Made by a program: the position numbers and the translations under genes. This document shows positions 19,350 through 29,662 of a stretch of DNA of 64,000 nt, piece after piece (the stretch's first letter is position 1; each line of letters opens with the position of its first letter). The stretch comes from Litorivicinus sp. Lineage in GTDB: Bacteria > Pseudomonadota > Gammaproteobacteria > Pseudomonadales > Litorivicinaceae. Under the pieces are notes generated by a model, which did no database searches, was not told the DNA's origin, and worked only from the letters and a program-made list of their open reading frames with translations. The stretch covers positions 12,227-76,226 of the forward strand of contig QXYM01000031.1 of assembly GCA_009886945.1 (NCBI GenBank), written 5' to 3'.

Positions 19350-20656
19350 GCCGGACCCCCTAGCGTCTCACAACGCAACACCACGGGAGTTGCATGAACG
19401 AAGCTTTGTTTCTCGATCTGACTCAATGCGGCTAAAACATCTTTTTCACGGACCGCATGGGTCAATAAGATCAAAGCCACAGGCTCACCGACGATACCGT
19501 CTTTCTGAATCACGCTCTCTAACGACACGTCATGATCAGCGAGCGTTCTGGTGATATGCGCCAAGACACCGACTTCGTCACGAACAGACAATCGCACATA
19601 AAAAGGACAGACCGTTTCTTCAATTGGAAGAATCGGCAAGTCATCAATGTGCGCGGGTTGAAACGCCAGATGAGGCACTCGATTAGTCGGGTCGGCGGTC
19701 AGAACACGAGCAACATCCACCAAATCAGCAACCACCGCACTCGCCGTTGGCATCGAGCCAGCACCTGGGCCATACAGCAAGGTTGAACCCACTGCATCTC
19801 CATGAATTTGTACGGCGTTCATCACGCCATTCACATTCGCGAGTAATTGAGATTCGGGAATCAATGTGGGGTGGACGCGCATTTCCACGCCTTTGTCGGT
19901 CCGACGCGCAATACCCAGGTGTTTAATGCGATACCCAAGCTCTTCTGCATAATCTAGATCCATCAAATCAATGGTGGAAATCCCCTGGGTGTAGACCGCT
20001 GCAAAATTCAACGGGATGCCAAACGCGATCGATGCGAGAATGCAAAGCTTGTGAGCTGCATCAATCCCTTCGACATCAAATGTCGGATCCGCTTCGGCAT
20101 AACCCAGTGCTTGGGCTTCGGCCAACACATCCGCGAAATCACGACCTTTATCGCGCATTTCAGTCAAGATGAAATTGCCGGTTCCATTGATGATGCCTGC
20201 CAACCAACTAATCTGATTGGCCGCCAGGCCTTCACGCAATGCCTTGATCACTGGGATGCCGCCGGCGACCGAGGCTTCAAACGCGATCGTCACACCCTTG
20301 GCCTGAGCTTTCTCGAATAAAGCATTCCCGTGTTCTGCGATCAACGCCTTGTTCGCTGTCACCACATGTTTGCCAGAATCAATCGCGGCCTCGATGAGCT
20401 CCAGTGCATAATCACATCCACCAATGAGCTCAACAAAAATTTCCACTTCCGGATCAAGCGCGACGTCCATCAAATTCCGCGACACCTTCACTTGAGATAA
20501 ATCGACCCCATCACGATCTCGCCGCGCACCGACGTGGGTAATCTGAATCTCACGACCCACACGACGAGCCAGTTCTTCACGATTATTAGCCAGCACATTC
20601 AGTGTGCCTTGAGCGACGGTACCGAGGCCAACAAGGCCAACAGAAATAGGTTTCAA
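19346..20656 (-). CDS. hom: Homoserine dehydrogenase
   Basis: It has an NAD-binding N-terminus (VGLVGLGTVAQG), the catalytic region, and a C-terminal ACT domain. It lies in a hom-thrC arrangement. Confidence 0.95.
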   Translation of the reverse strand: MKPISVGLVGLGTVAQGTLNVLANNREELARRVGREIQITHVGARRDRDGVDLSQVKVSRNLMDVALDPEVEIFVELIGGCDYALELIEAAIDSGKHVVTANKALIAEHGNALFEKAQAKGVTIAFEASVAGGIPVIKALREGLAANQISWLAGIINGTGNFILTEMRDKGRDFADVLAEAQALGYAEADPTFDVEGIDAAHKLCILASIAFGIPLNFAAVYTQGISTIDLMDLDYAEELGYRIKHLGIARRTDKGVEMRVHPTLIPESQLLANVNGVMNAVQIHGDAVGSTLLYGPGAGSMPTASAVVADLVDVARVLTADPTNRVPHLAFQPAHIDDLPILPIEETVCPFYVRLSVRDEVGVLAHITRTLADHDVSLESVIQKDGIVGEPVALILLTHAVREKDVLAALSQIEKQSFVHATPVVLRCETLGGPA

Positions 20657-20666
20657 GAATCTATCC

Positions 20667-21866
20667 TTAGAACGTTTGAGTCATAGTGGATTCGACACGA
20701 AATAAGCGCTTGATATTCCGAAGCGCCTGTCGCGTCCGATGTTCATTTTCAATCAGTGCAAAGCGCACATGATCATCGCCGTACTGGCCAAAACCAATTC
20801 CTGGACTCACCGCTACGTTGGCATCACGAATCAATTTCTTCGCGAATTCGAGTGATCCCATTTCCAGGTATTGCTCTGGGATCTTGGCCCACACAAACAT
20901 GGTGGCTTTCGGTTTCTCAACCGGCCAACCCAATGCATTGAGTCCCTCACACAACACATCACGACGCGACTGATACATGTCTCGAATGTCGTTCACACAA
21001 TCCTGATCGCCCTCAAGTGCTGCGATCGCTGCGACCTGAATCGGGGTAAATGTCCCGTAATCGAGATAGGACTTGATCCGCGCTAAAGCGCCAATCAATT
21101 CTTTGTTGCCGGCCGCAAAGCCAACACGCCAACCGGGCATGTTGTAACTTTTCGACAAGGAAAAGAACTCAACTGCAATCTCTTTGGCACCCTGAACCTG
21201 CAGAATCGAGGGTGCGACATAGCCATCAAACACGATGTCCGCATAAGCGATATCTTGTACCACCCAAATGTTGTGTTCACGCGCAATTTCGACCACTTTT
21301 TCAAAGAAATCGAGCTCAACGCACATCGCCGTCGGGTTGGCTGGAAAATTCAGAACCAACATTTTTGGTCGAGGCCATGAAGTCTCAATCGCTTTGACCA
21401 GTTCGCCAAAGAAATCCTGGCCGGGCAACAGGGGTACGTGACGGATGTCAGCGCCAGCAATCACAAACCCGTACGGATGAATCGGATAAGCTGGGTTTGG
21501 GACTAGAACCGCATCACCTGGTCCCAATGTCGCCATCGCCAGGTGAGCAAGCCCCTCTTTCGATCCAATCGTGGTGATGACTTCAGATTCTGGATCCAAA
21601 TCAACGTCGTAACGCGTTTTGTACCAGTTAGCCATGGCTCGGCGCAGCCTCGGTATTCCCTTCGACTGAGAATGCCGATGAGTGTCTTCGCGATTAGCCG
21701 TTTCGACCAATTTTTTAACAATGTGATCCGGCGTCGGTTGATCCGGATTCCCCATCGAAAAATCAATAACATCTTCGCCCGCCGCTCGTGCCTTCTGACG
21801 CATTTCACCGATGACGTTGAAGACATAAGGAGGAAGACGCTCAATGCGAGGAAATCGTGTGTCCAC
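20667..21866 (-). CDS. Class I/II pyridoxal-phosphate aminotransferase (AlaC-like)
   Basis: The N-terminus is [36 protein letters not shown], and the PLP-lysine motif [15 protein letters not shown] is present. Confidence 0.88.
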   Translation of the reverse strand: MDTRFPRIERLPPYVFNVIGEMRQKARAAGEDVIDFSMGNPDQPTPDHIVKKLVETANREDTHRHSQSKGIPRLRRAMANWYKTRYDVDLDPESEVITTIGSKEGLAHLAMATLGPGDAVLVPNPAYPIHPYGFVIAGADIRHVPLLPGQDFFGELVKAIETSWPRPKMLVLNFPANPTAMCVELDFFEKVVEIAREHNIWVVQDIAYADIVFDGYVAPSILQVQGAKEIAVEFFSLSKSYNMPGWRVGFAAGNKELIGALARIKSYLDYGTFTPIQVAAIAALEGDQDCVNDIRDMYQSRRDVLCEGLNALGWPVEKPKATMFVWAKIPEQYLEMGSLEFAKKLIRDANVAVSPGIGFGQYGDDHVRFALIENEHRTRQALRNIKRLFRVESTMTQTF

Positions 21867-21904
21867 TAATAATACTCAGTCCAGTTGAAACCATCGATTG
21901 TAGC

Positions 21905-22618
21905 TCAAGAACCAAGCTGATTCATACGCTTTAGAAGGTCCTGCCAGGGTGCATAACCGGGTTGCATCTCGCCTGACTCGAAAATCAAAGTGGGTGTCCC
22001 TGTAATTCCAAGCTTTTGACCCAGTTGGTACTGGTCAGCAATTGGGTTATCACAAGTCGCGACTTCAGGCGTCTCGCCTTGTTTGGCTCGCGTCATGGCC
22101 CCGTTTTGATCTTTGGCGCAATAAACAGAGACATACTTGGTGTAAGAATCCGAACCCACACCTGCTCTGGGGAATGCCGCATAACGAACTTCAACTCCAT
22201 TCTCAAGCAGTTGTTCGATCTCACTGTGAAGACGGCGGCAATATCCACAATCGATATCTGTAAACACCAATAGCCGATGTTTCACTTCGCCCGACGGCGA
22301 GAACACCACAAGCTTCGATTCATCAAGGCCGCTGAGAAGTGCCTGACGGTCCGTACGTCGACCGATATCTGTGAGATTTTTCACTCCGCCGGTGCTGACC
22401 TGATAAAGATCTCCAGCAATAAAATGTGATCCCGTCGCATCGGTATAAATGCGTTCTCCAGTCGTGAGGGTGACCTCAAAGAAAGGAGTTTGATCAACCG
22501 CGTTCACCGATTCGATCTGAATCATCGGATTGATCCCTGTAATTGCTTGTTTTATCCGCGCTTCGTCAGCTGTCACTGTGATCGAAACTAGGGTGAATAC
22601 CAACGCCAACCAACGCAT
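21905..22618 (-). CDS. dsbC: Thiol:disulfide interchange protein DsbC
   Basis: It has a signal peptide, a dimerisation domain and a thioredoxin fold with the CGYC motif (FTDIDCGYCRRLH). It is adjacent to xerD. Confidence 0.9.
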   Translation of the reverse strand: MRWLALVFTLVSITVTADEARIKQAITGINPMIQIESVNAVDQTPFFEVTLTTGERIYTDATGSHFIAGDLYQVSTGGVKNLTDIGRRTDRQALLSGLDESKLVVFSPSGEVKHRLLVFTDIDCGYCRRLHSEIEQLLENGVEVRYAAFPRAGVGSDSYTKYVSVYCAKDQNGAMTRAKQGETPEVATCDNPIADQYQLGQKLGITGTPTLIFESGEMQPGYAPWQDLLKRMNQLGS

Positions 22619-22653
22619 AGTTCGTCCTCTTCAAATGGAACCGGAAGTGTAAC

Positions 22654-23541
22654 TCAAGCGCGTGGATGATGTGCGGTATGCAACTGCTTGAGCCGCTCTC
22701 TCGCTACATGGGTATAGATTTGCGTGGTTGAAAGGTCCTCATGACCTAAAAGTAGCTGGACGACTCGAAGATCTGCACCGTGATTCACAAGATGTGTCGC
22801 AAATGCATGCCTGAGCGTGTGAGGACTCAAGTCGCCATGGATCCCGGCAACTTGTGCGATCTGCTTTAATCGATGCCAAAATGTTTGACGCGTCATCGGT
22901 GCGCCGGTCCGACCGGGAAATACCGATTGGCCCCGTGGATCTGGCAACTCAGGACGTGCCTCCAGAAGGTAGCGTTGCAGCCACTGCCTGGCTGCATCTC
23001 CTAACGGAACCAATCGCTCCTTATTGCCCTTACCAAGGACACGAAGAACACCCTGCTCAAGACTGATATTGGAGCGCTCTAGGCTGCACAATTCACTCAC
23101 ACGAAGTCCTGATGCATACAGTACTTCCAGCATCGCTCGGTCCCTCAAACCAATTAACGTGTCGGTATTGGGCGTGTGAATGAGCTTGTTCACGTCGGCT
23201 TCAGAGAGGGTCTTGGGAAGTGGCCGACCTTTGGACGGCCGTTGAATGCGAGCCATCGGATCGTCTTCTCGCCGTCGATGACGAATCTGATACTTATAAA
23301 ACCCGTGGAGGGCGGACAACTTTCGTTGAATCGAAGTGATTTTTAAACCGTCAGAGAACAACGAGCCAATCCAGGCATTGATGTCTGATTCAGCGAGTGT
23401 GTCCAGCGATTGATTGAGGGACTGCGCGAATAAAGAGGCGCCCTCGAGATCGACCCGATAAGCGCGCAAAGTCGTTTCCGACAGGCCGCGCTCAAGATAG
23501 AGCGCGTCCAAATAGGCATCAAGATCCGAGCGCGTGTTCAT
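22654..23541 (-). CDS. xerD: Site-specific tyrosine recombinase XerD
   Basis: The N-terminus LDAYLDALYLERGLSETTLRAYRVDL is XerD-like. The catalytic sequences HTLRHAFATHL and LGHEDLSTTQIYTHV are present. I chose the ATG at 23541, and the ORF track start at 23571 is also possible. Confidence 0.92.
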   Translation of the reverse strand: MNTRSDLDAYLDALYLERGLSETTLRAYRVDLEGASLFAQSLNQSLDTLAESDINAWIGSLFSDGLKITSIQRKLSALHGFYKYQIRHRRREDDPMARIQRPSKGRPLPKTLSEADVNKLIHTPNTDTLIGLRDRAMLEVLYASGLRVSELCSLERSNISLEQGVLRVLGKGNKERLVPLGDAARQWLQRYLLEARPELPDPRGQSVFPGRTGAPMTRQTFWHRLKQIAQVAGIHGDLSPHTLRHAFATHLVNHGADLRVVQLLLGHEDLSTTQIYTHVARERLKQLHTAHHPRA

Positions 23542-24703
23542 GGCCACCGAGATTAGCACGCTCTTCTGCAAAGTTTCGAGAGAGTCGCATAAACACGATG
23601 ATGGTGACTACCATGACAACCAGTGGCGCCACACTGAATATCCAATAAGCCATGCTAAATGAAGTGAGTAATCCGGCCGCGACAAATCCTTTGTTAATCA
23701 GAAACTGTAAACTGACCGACAACGCAACTCCCGGACAGATTAAGGCGAATACTGGGGCTCCTTTGACATCGCCTCGCCACACTTTTGCCAAGTACCGATG
23801 GTTACGCATCGCAAAGCCACCAAGGAGCAAGACAAAGAATTGAGCGGACACCACCATCAATAAGGGCGTTAACCATGTCCCTGCGCTGGCCAGTCCAAGC
23901 GTATGCGAGATACCGTGATCCTGACGCATCAGCGTAATCGCAAGAACGGTCAGAATCGGGACCCAGATCCAAAGAGTCGGCAGGGCTGTCTCTTCCACAC
24001 CTTTGCTCAACATGTGCGAGAGTGCGAGGGCTGTTTTGAGCACGGCGATGATCATCGCAGCGACTGCAAAAAATGTGGAAAAGGCGAGGCTCACGCCCAC
24101 GACCCAAGGTGTATGTGACATGGCCGCTGGCGCTGCCAACCCGACTGAAACCATCGCAAACGTAAAGGCCGGCAGGACCTGCGCAAAGCTTGCCGTACCA
24201 CCGATATTGACTTGACCACTCATGGCATGAGAATACAAACGCGCGTACAGACGAATTGCCCAAATACCAATCGCTAAAAAGGCAATCATCGCCAGTGGAA
24301 ACAAATATTCAACCACAGACCATAAACCTGGGACAAAGAGCGCACCGATAATCAGTCCGGCATTGACAGTCATGGCAGTGGCCAGAGGTGCTGCGAGCTC
24401 CTGGGTTTGCAGCGGGCCATTCACAAACTCGTGATACGCCGGTGTCTTTTTAAATTCACGCCAGAGAGCGTAATTAATCATCAACAACCGCACATGCGTG
24501 AAGACGAAAGACGCAACACCCGTCAATGCGAGAATAATCAATGCTTGCGTCCCAAGCGAGCCGCCTTGAAAAGCCAACACCCAATCCTCAAAGACCGGAA
24601 TCGGTTGACCTGGATGCGGAATCCAAAACATCAACATCAAAAAAAATGATACCGAAAGGCCACCAGCCCCGAGTGCCGCCAGAAAATACAGTGGTGAATA
24701 CAT
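23519..24703 (-). CDS. Multi-pass integral membrane protein, possibly TehA/Mae1/SLAC1 (TDT) family anion channel or transporter
   Basis: The 394-aa product has about 10 hydrophobic segments by eye. The N-terminal FLAALGAGGLSVSF resembles the G-x-G-G-L first-helix motif of TehA-like proteins. The family assignment was not verified. Confidence 0.4.
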   Translation of the reverse strand: MYSPLYFLAALGAGGLSVSFFLMLMFWIPHPGQPIPVFEDWVLAFQGGSLGTQALIILALTGVASFVFTHVRLLMINYALWREFKKTPAYHEFVNGPLQTQELAAPLATAMTVNAGLIIGALFVPGLWSVVEYLFPLAMIAFLAIGIWAIRLYARLYSHAMSGQVNIGGTASFAQVLPAFTFAMVSVGLAAPAAMSHTPWVVGVSLAFSTFFAVAAMIIAVLKTALALSHMLSKGVEETALPTLWIWVPILTVLAITLMRQDHGISHTLGLASAGTWLTPLLMVVSAQFFVLLLGGFAMRNHRYLAKVWRGDVKGAPVFALICPGVALSVSLQFLINKGFVAAGLLTSFSMAYWIFSVAPLVVMVVTIIVFMRLSRNFAEERANLGGHEHALGS

Positions 24704-24766
24704 GGTTCAATCTCCCGTTAGATGCCAAGAGATTATCAAGTCGTCTTCGCTTCTTTTGTGACAAAG

Positions 24767-25462
24767 TCACTTGGAAGGGGAGGACAACCGAAGCAACGTC
24801 TCAAAATCAACAATGCGCACCGCTCCGCGTCTCACTTCCAACAAGTGATCGTTGGCCATCGCCGTCAGCTGACGACTAATGACCTCACGCGAGGTACCGA
24901 CGGCAGCAGCCAACTCGGCATGCGACCGGTGCACAATGGCATCATGCCCGACCAACTCAAGCAATGTTTCAGACAGCCTTGAGCTCACCGACCGAAAACA
25001 GAGGTCGTGGATATCACGCACGAAGTGGAAGCATCGTTCTGAGAGTGAAGCCACCACCAATCGTTGCAAGGCATTGGATTCTCGGTAGGCTGTTCGAAAC
25101 GTACCAGCGTCCATCCAGCCGATCCGACTGTCCATCTCAGCAGTGGCTTGAGCTTGATAATCCTGATCATTTAAAAGATTTGTCAGGGTATGAACACACA
25201 ATTGTCCGGGCTCAACTCGATAGAGCATTTTTTCGCGTCCGGCGTGCACCAAACTGACCCCAATTGCCCCCTCAATAACGACAGCAAATCGGTCGCATGA
25301 AACCCCTGGCCGAAACAGAATTTCGCCTCGTTGAACGGGTCTGACGTGCATTAACGCAAAAAGACCAGCAAGTTCATGCCGGTCTTTTTGGTCTAAGGAA
25401 GTAAAGAGTTTCGACAGCGTGCGCGCTGAGTCAGCCCCAACTCTGCTGCTATCGACGGTCAT
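24767..25462 (-). CDS. Crp/Fnr-family transcriptional regulator
   Basis: It has a cNMP-binding-like beta-roll (RGEILFRPGVSCDRFAVVIEGAIGV) and a C-terminal HTH (SHAELAAAVGTSREVISRQLTAM). There is no FNR-type N-terminal Cys cluster. Confidence 0.85.
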   Translation of the reverse strand: MTVDSSRVGADSARTLSKLFTSLDQKDRHELAGLFALMHVRPVQRGEILFRPGVSCDRFAVVIEGAIGVSLVHAGREKMLYRVEPGQLCVHTLTNLLNDQDYQAQATAEMDSRIGWMDAGTFRTAYRESNALQRLVVASLSERCFHFVRDIHDLCFRSVSSRLSETLLELVGHDAIVHRSHAELAAAVGTSREVISRQLTAMANDHLLEVRRGAVRIVDFETLLRLSSPSK

Positions 25463-25468
25463 CCCAAA

Positions 25469-25828
25469 TTACTTGGTATCCAGCTTTTCCTTGATACGTG
25501 CAGCCTTACCAGACAGGGCACGCAAGTGATAAAGCTTGGCTTTGCGAACGTCACCACGACGCTTGACTTCAATCGAGTCAATCAGTGGTGAATGCAGTTG
25601 GAATGTCCGCTCAACACCGACACCGTGCGAAATCTTCCGGACGATGAAATTCGAGTGTAGACCGCGGTTTGACTTCGCAATCACAACGCCCTCATAGGCC
25701 TGAAGACGCTCGCGCGTACCTTCTTTCACCTTCACCTGGATCACAACCGTGTCACCGGGCGCGAACGCAGGCAAGTCTGTCTTCATTTGCTCATTGTTGA
25801 GCGCTTCGATGATCGGATTCATGCTCAC
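25469..25828 (-). CDS. rplS: 50S ribosomal protein L19
   Basis: The sequence [14 protein letters not shown]...[30 protein letters not shown] identifies L19. Confidence 0.97.
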   Translation of the reverse strand: MSMNPIIEALNNEQMKTDLPAFAPGDTVVIQVKVKEGTRERLQAYEGVVIAKSNRGLHSNFIVRKISHGVGVERTFQLHSPLIDSIEVKRRGDVRKAKLYHLRALSGKAARIKEKLDTK

Positions 25829-26562
25829 GGCTTTGACTCCCTAATAAATTCATCCAGCAGTAGCTGATCCTCATCAGACAGCTCCTGCTTCTCCACTATC
25901 TCAGGCCGACGTAACCACGTCCGCCCCAAGGCCTGTTTACGGCGCCACTTGGCAATGTCACCGTGATGTCCACTCAGTAAGACATCCGGTACTCTCAAAC
26001 CCGCAATTTCTTCGGGTCGCGTGTAGTGCGGACAATCCAACAAACCATCGCTGAATGAGTCCTGAGCTGCGCTACTCGCATGGCCAAGTACCCCGGGAAC
26101 CAGACGACCCACTGCGTCAACAAGTGCAACAGCAGCTGGCTCCCCCCCTGACAGCACAAAGTCTCCCAGAGAAATCTCTCGATCAATGTCGAGTTCAATG
26201 ACCCGCTCATCAATCCCCTCATAACGACCACAAACCAGAATCACTTCCGGAAGAGCCGCGAGTTCTTGAACCAACTGTTGCGTCAGTGGTTCACCCTGAG
26301 GGCTTAAATACACGACAGATGCCTTTGGCAGTTCGGTCTTCGCATCAGCAATCGAGGCTCTTAACGTCTCGACTTTCATCAGCATTCCCGGACCGCCGCC
26401 ATAAGGCCTGTCATCCACAGTTTGATGCACATCGGTGGCGTAAACTCGCGGGTTAAAGGTCGTTAACTCAACCAATCCCCTGTCTATCGCTCGTCCAATC
26501 ACACCGTGAGCCAACGCATCGGCCACCATGGTCGGAAACAGGGTGACAACACCCCACTTCAT
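25825..26562 (-). CDS. trmD: tRNA (guanine37-N1)-methyltransferase
   Basis: The N-terminus [12 protein letters not shown], the motif [11 protein letters not shown] and the motif [10 protein letters not shown] are present. The ATG at 26562 overlaps the rimM stop (TAATG). Confidence 0.95.
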   Translation of the reverse strand: MKWGVVTLFPTMVADALAHGVIGRAIDRGLVELTTFNPRVYATDVHQTVDDRPYGGGPGMLMKVETLRASIADAKTELPKASVVYLSPQGEPLTQQLVQELAALPEVILVCGRYEGIDERVIELDIDREISLGDFVLSGGEPAAVALVDAVGRLVPGVLGHASSAAQDSFSDGLLDCPHYTRPEEIAGLRVPDVLLSGHHGDIAKWRRKQALGRTWLRRPEIVEKQELSDEDQLLLDEFIRESKP

Positions 26563-27104
26563 TAAAATTCCGGATCCCAATCGACCTGTATCAAACGTGT
26601 CGTTAAATTCACGTCTAACACGGTCTGGTCGATAAACGGAATCAACCGTTCTTTTCGATCCATACTGTCGTCATCCCCCCGAACCACCAAGACATCATTG
26701 GCGCCGGTTGGGATCACCGTTTTGACAACACCCAACACCTGTCGGTTGGTTGTCTCGACGCGACACCCTTCGAGATCGCGCCAATAAAATTCGTCGTTGT
26801 TTAATTGTGGCAAGTGACTTTGATCCACTTCAATCAAACAATTGACCAGCGATTCCACGCCGGCTCTGTCGGGAAACCCAACTAATCTCACGACATATCC
26901 TTTGTCGCGCAACTTCCAGACCTCTGGAGTTGTTTCAATCCGGTCCACCGCCGGCCGTCCACTCACTGTGTCAGCTGGTCGGGTTAAGACCCATGGTGTC
27001 CACTCAAACACCGTCGCTGGGTCTTCGGTGAAACTATCCATCCAAACCCAGCCTTGCACGCCATAGGGCGATCGTATTCGCCCCACGACCATCCGATCAG
27101 CCAT
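26562..27104 (-). CDS. rimM: 16S rRNA processing protein RimM
   Basis: The motif [14 protein letters not shown] is present, and the gene lies between rpsP and trmD. Confidence 0.93.
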   Translation of the reverse strand: MADRMVVGRIRSPYGVQGWVWMDSFTEDPATVFEWTPWVLTRPADTVSGRPAVDRIETTPEVWKLRDKGYVVRLVGFPDRAGVESLVNCLIEVDQSHLPQLNNDEFYWRDLEGCRVETTNRQVLGVVKTVIPTGANDVLVVRGDDDSMDRKERLIPFIDQTVLDVNLTTRLIQVDWDPEF

Positions 27105-27352
27105 TAGGCTGCCTGACGCGCGTCCTTGATCAAACGCTTCACGCGATCAGACGTTTTCGCACCCAAGCCGATCCAGTGATCGACGCGCTCAAGGTCAACA
27201 CGCAGACGCTCTGCTTGCCCTTGTGCCATTGGGTTAAAGAAACCAATGCGCTCAATGAAGCGGCCGTCACGCGCATTTCTGTGATCTGTCACCGTCAGGT
27301 GATAGAAAGGACGCTTCTTAGAGCCGCCGCGTGAAAGACGAATCGTTACCAT
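27104..27352 (-). CDS. rpsP: 30S ribosomal protein S16
   Basis: The sequence [41 protein letters not shown] identifies S16. Confidence 0.97.
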   Translation of the reverse strand: MVTIRLSRGGSKKRPFYHLTVTDHRNARDGRFIERIGFFNPMAQGQAERLRVDLERVDHWIGLGAKTSDRVKRLIKDARQAA

Positions 27353-27429
27353 GTTCTCTCAATCCTGTGTTCGCTCGTTATAGAGCCTAAAATTCAAAGG
27401 CGCGCAATGATAATGACTTTGCGTACAAC

Positions 27430-28797
27430 TTACAACCGCGGCATACCACCGGGCGGCATCATTCCTGAGATTCCACGCATCATTTTTTGCATGCCACCTT
27501 TTTTGCCCACTTTTTTCATCATCTTTGACATTTGTTTATGTTGTTTGAGCACCTTATTCACTTCTTGGACGTCGGTCCCCGAACCTGCTGCAATACGTTG
27601 CTTGCGGGACCCATTAATGACCTCAGGGTCTCGTCGCTCAATGGGTGTCATCGAATTGATCACCGCTTCCATACGTACAAACTGCTTATCGTCCACTTGG
27701 TTTTGAATTTGCGAGCCCATCTGCCCCATTCCCGGCATTTTCTCCAGCAATGCTTTCATACCACCCATGTTTCGCATCTGCTGCAGTTGGTCACGAAAAT
27801 CCTCTAAATCGAAGCCTTTTCCTTTTAAAACCTTCTTCGCAACTTTTTCCGCTTTTTCTTTATCGAGTTTTTGCTCAGCTTCCTCAATCAGGCCGAGAAT
27901 GTCGCCCATACCAAGGATCCGTGACGCCAATCGGTCAGGATGAAAGGCTTCCAGTCCATCCACGGTCTCGCCGACCCCCATAAACTTAATCGGCTGCCCG
28001 GTGATGGTTTTCACCGAGAGGGCAGCACCACCGCGTGCATCACCATCCGCTTTGGTCAAAATCACCCCGGTCAAAGGCAACACCTCCGAAAAGGCTTTCG
28101 CTGTATTTGCCGCGTCTTGACCGGTCATCGAGTCCACCACAAATAACGTTTCAACGGGATTCACCGCTTGGTGCAGCCCCGAAATTTCCTGCATCATCTC
28201 CTGATCAATACCTAATCGCCCGGCGGTATCGACCAACAAAACATCATAGGCTGCAGTTTCCGCTTTTTGTCGCGCAGCCTTAGCAAGCGCCACTGGATCC
28301 TGATCTGGCGTCGATGGGTACACATCGACCTCAATCTGCCCTCCAAGCGTCGCCAATTGCTCCATTGCAGCCGGACGGTAGACATCCACACTGACCATCA
28401 ACACTTTCTTTTTTTCGCGGACGGTGAGGAATTTCGCCAGTTTCGCAGCCGTCGTCGTTTTACCAGCACCCTGTAATCCAGCCAGTAGCACCACGGCAGG
28501 GGGGCGCTGCGCCAGATTCAATGACTCTGAAGGACCACCTAAGACTGCCTCGAGTTCACTTTGCACCACCTTCAGGAATTGCTGGCCTGGGGTCAGGCTC
28601 GCCCGCACTTCCCGACCGAGCGCACGTGTACGTACCTGAGACACAAATTGTTTCACAACAGGCAAGGCAACATCCGCTTCAAGCAATGCTTTGCGGACTT
28701 CTTTCAGCGTACTCGCTATATTGTCTTCTGTTAGACGGGCTTTTTTACCCATCGACTGTAGTGTCTTCGAAAGACGTTCACTTAATGAATTAAACAT
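27430..28797 (-). CDS. ffh: Signal recognition particle protein Ffh
   Basis: The N-terminus is MFNSLSERLSKTLQ, the NG domain carries GLQGAGKTTT, and the M domain is Met-rich. Confidence 0.97.
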   Translation of the reverse strand: MFNSLSERLSKTLQSMGKKARLTEDNIASTLKEVRKALLEADVALPVVKQFVSQVRTRALGREVRASLTPGQQFLKVVQSELEAVLGGPSESLNLAQRPPAVVLLAGLQGAGKTTTAAKLAKFLTVREKKKVLMVSVDVYRPAAMEQLATLGGQIEVDVYPSTPDQDPVALAKAARQKAETAAYDVLLVDTAGRLGIDQEMMQEISGLHQAVNPVETLFVVDSMTGQDAANTAKAFSEVLPLTGVILTKADGDARGGAALSVKTITGQPIKFMGVGETVDGLEAFHPDRLASRILGMGDILGLIEEAEQKLDKEKAEKVAKKVLKGKGFDLEDFRDQLQQMRNMGGMKALLEKMPGMGQMGSQIQNQVDDKQFVRMEAVINSMTPIERRDPEVINGSRKQRIAAGSGTDVQEVNKVLKQHKQMSKMMKKVGKKGGMQKMMRGISGMMPPGGMPRL

Positions 28798-28858
28798 GTG
28801 ATCTCTTTAGCAAGGAGTTCGAACGCACTATGATAACGAAAAATCGACTCAGAGTAGG

Positions 28859-29650
28859 ATGATGTCTTTATTAGTTCCGGGATTACTCGCAACCTCAGTA
28901 CTGTTTGCATCGGGAATCCGCCAACTCAACGCCTTCAAGCAGGGTGAGATTCGCGATGCGACCTCGCAGCTTTTAGGGGTTCTTGGCTGCATTCTTGCCG
29001 TGTTCCTGGTCATCCAAGGCTTGAGCGATAACGGTGGACGCCCCACGACCGGCCTCATGGGTACCCTGCTGGGCGCCCTGCTTTTACTGATTATCCTAGG
29101 GTCTAGCATCAAACATCCAGTGAATGCCTTATTGATTGGTGTCGCGCCTCTCACTGGACTATTTACCTTAGTCACTTCGGTTGCAGGGCCTGTGTCGAGC
29201 CAGATGAATCCCCTCATTTTTGAAACCGCTGTACACGTCGCAACGTCCATCGTCGCCTATGGCGCAGTCGCCTACGCAGGAACCTTGGCGATTTTATTGT
29301 CGTGGCAACACGCCAAGCTGAAAGAGCGTCCTTTGACACCCCTGATCGCCGCGCTTCCGCCGCTTGATGCCATGGAATATTTATTTTTACGGACCGTTCA
29401 GACGGCCTGGGTCGTACTCACCATCGCCCTCGTGACCGGAGTGATGTACGTTGAAGACTTCTGGGCGCAGCACCTGGCACACAAAACTGCGCTGTCCGTC
29501 CTTGCCTGGTGTGGAATGGCACTCGCTCTTTGGCAACATGTCAACCAAGGCGGTGTGACACGCACCATGCGGAAGACTGCCATCGGTGCGGCTGCATTGC
29601 TCTGTGTTGGTTACCTCGGTAGTAAAGCCATTTTGGAATTCCTGTTGTGA
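28859..29650 (+). CDS. Cytochrome c assembly family inner-membrane protein (YpjD-like)
   Basis: The 263-aa multi-TM protein is divergent from ffh, the same synteny as E. coli ypjD. Confidence 0.7.
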   Translation: MMSLLVPGLLATSVLFASGIRQLNAFKQGEIRDATSQLLGVLGCILAVFLVIQGLSDNGGRPTTGLMGTLLGALLLLIILGSSIKHPVNALLIGVAPLTGLFTLVTSVAGPVSSQMNPLIFETAVHVATSIVAYGAVAYAGTLAILLSWQHAKLKERPLTPLIAALPPLDAMEYLFLRTVQTAWVVLTIALVTGVMYVEDFWAQHLAHKTALSVLAWCGMALALWQHVNQGGVTRTMRKTAIGAAALLCVGYLGSKAILEFLL

Positions 29651-29662
29651 TGGACACACCCT

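Noticed and set aside
24756-24768. The hairpin GTGAC-AAA-GTCAC at the end of the Crp-family gene as a terminator.
   Set aside because: The stem is only 5 bp and overlaps the stop codon. It is followed on the sense (minus) strand by AAAAGAAG rather than a U-tract.
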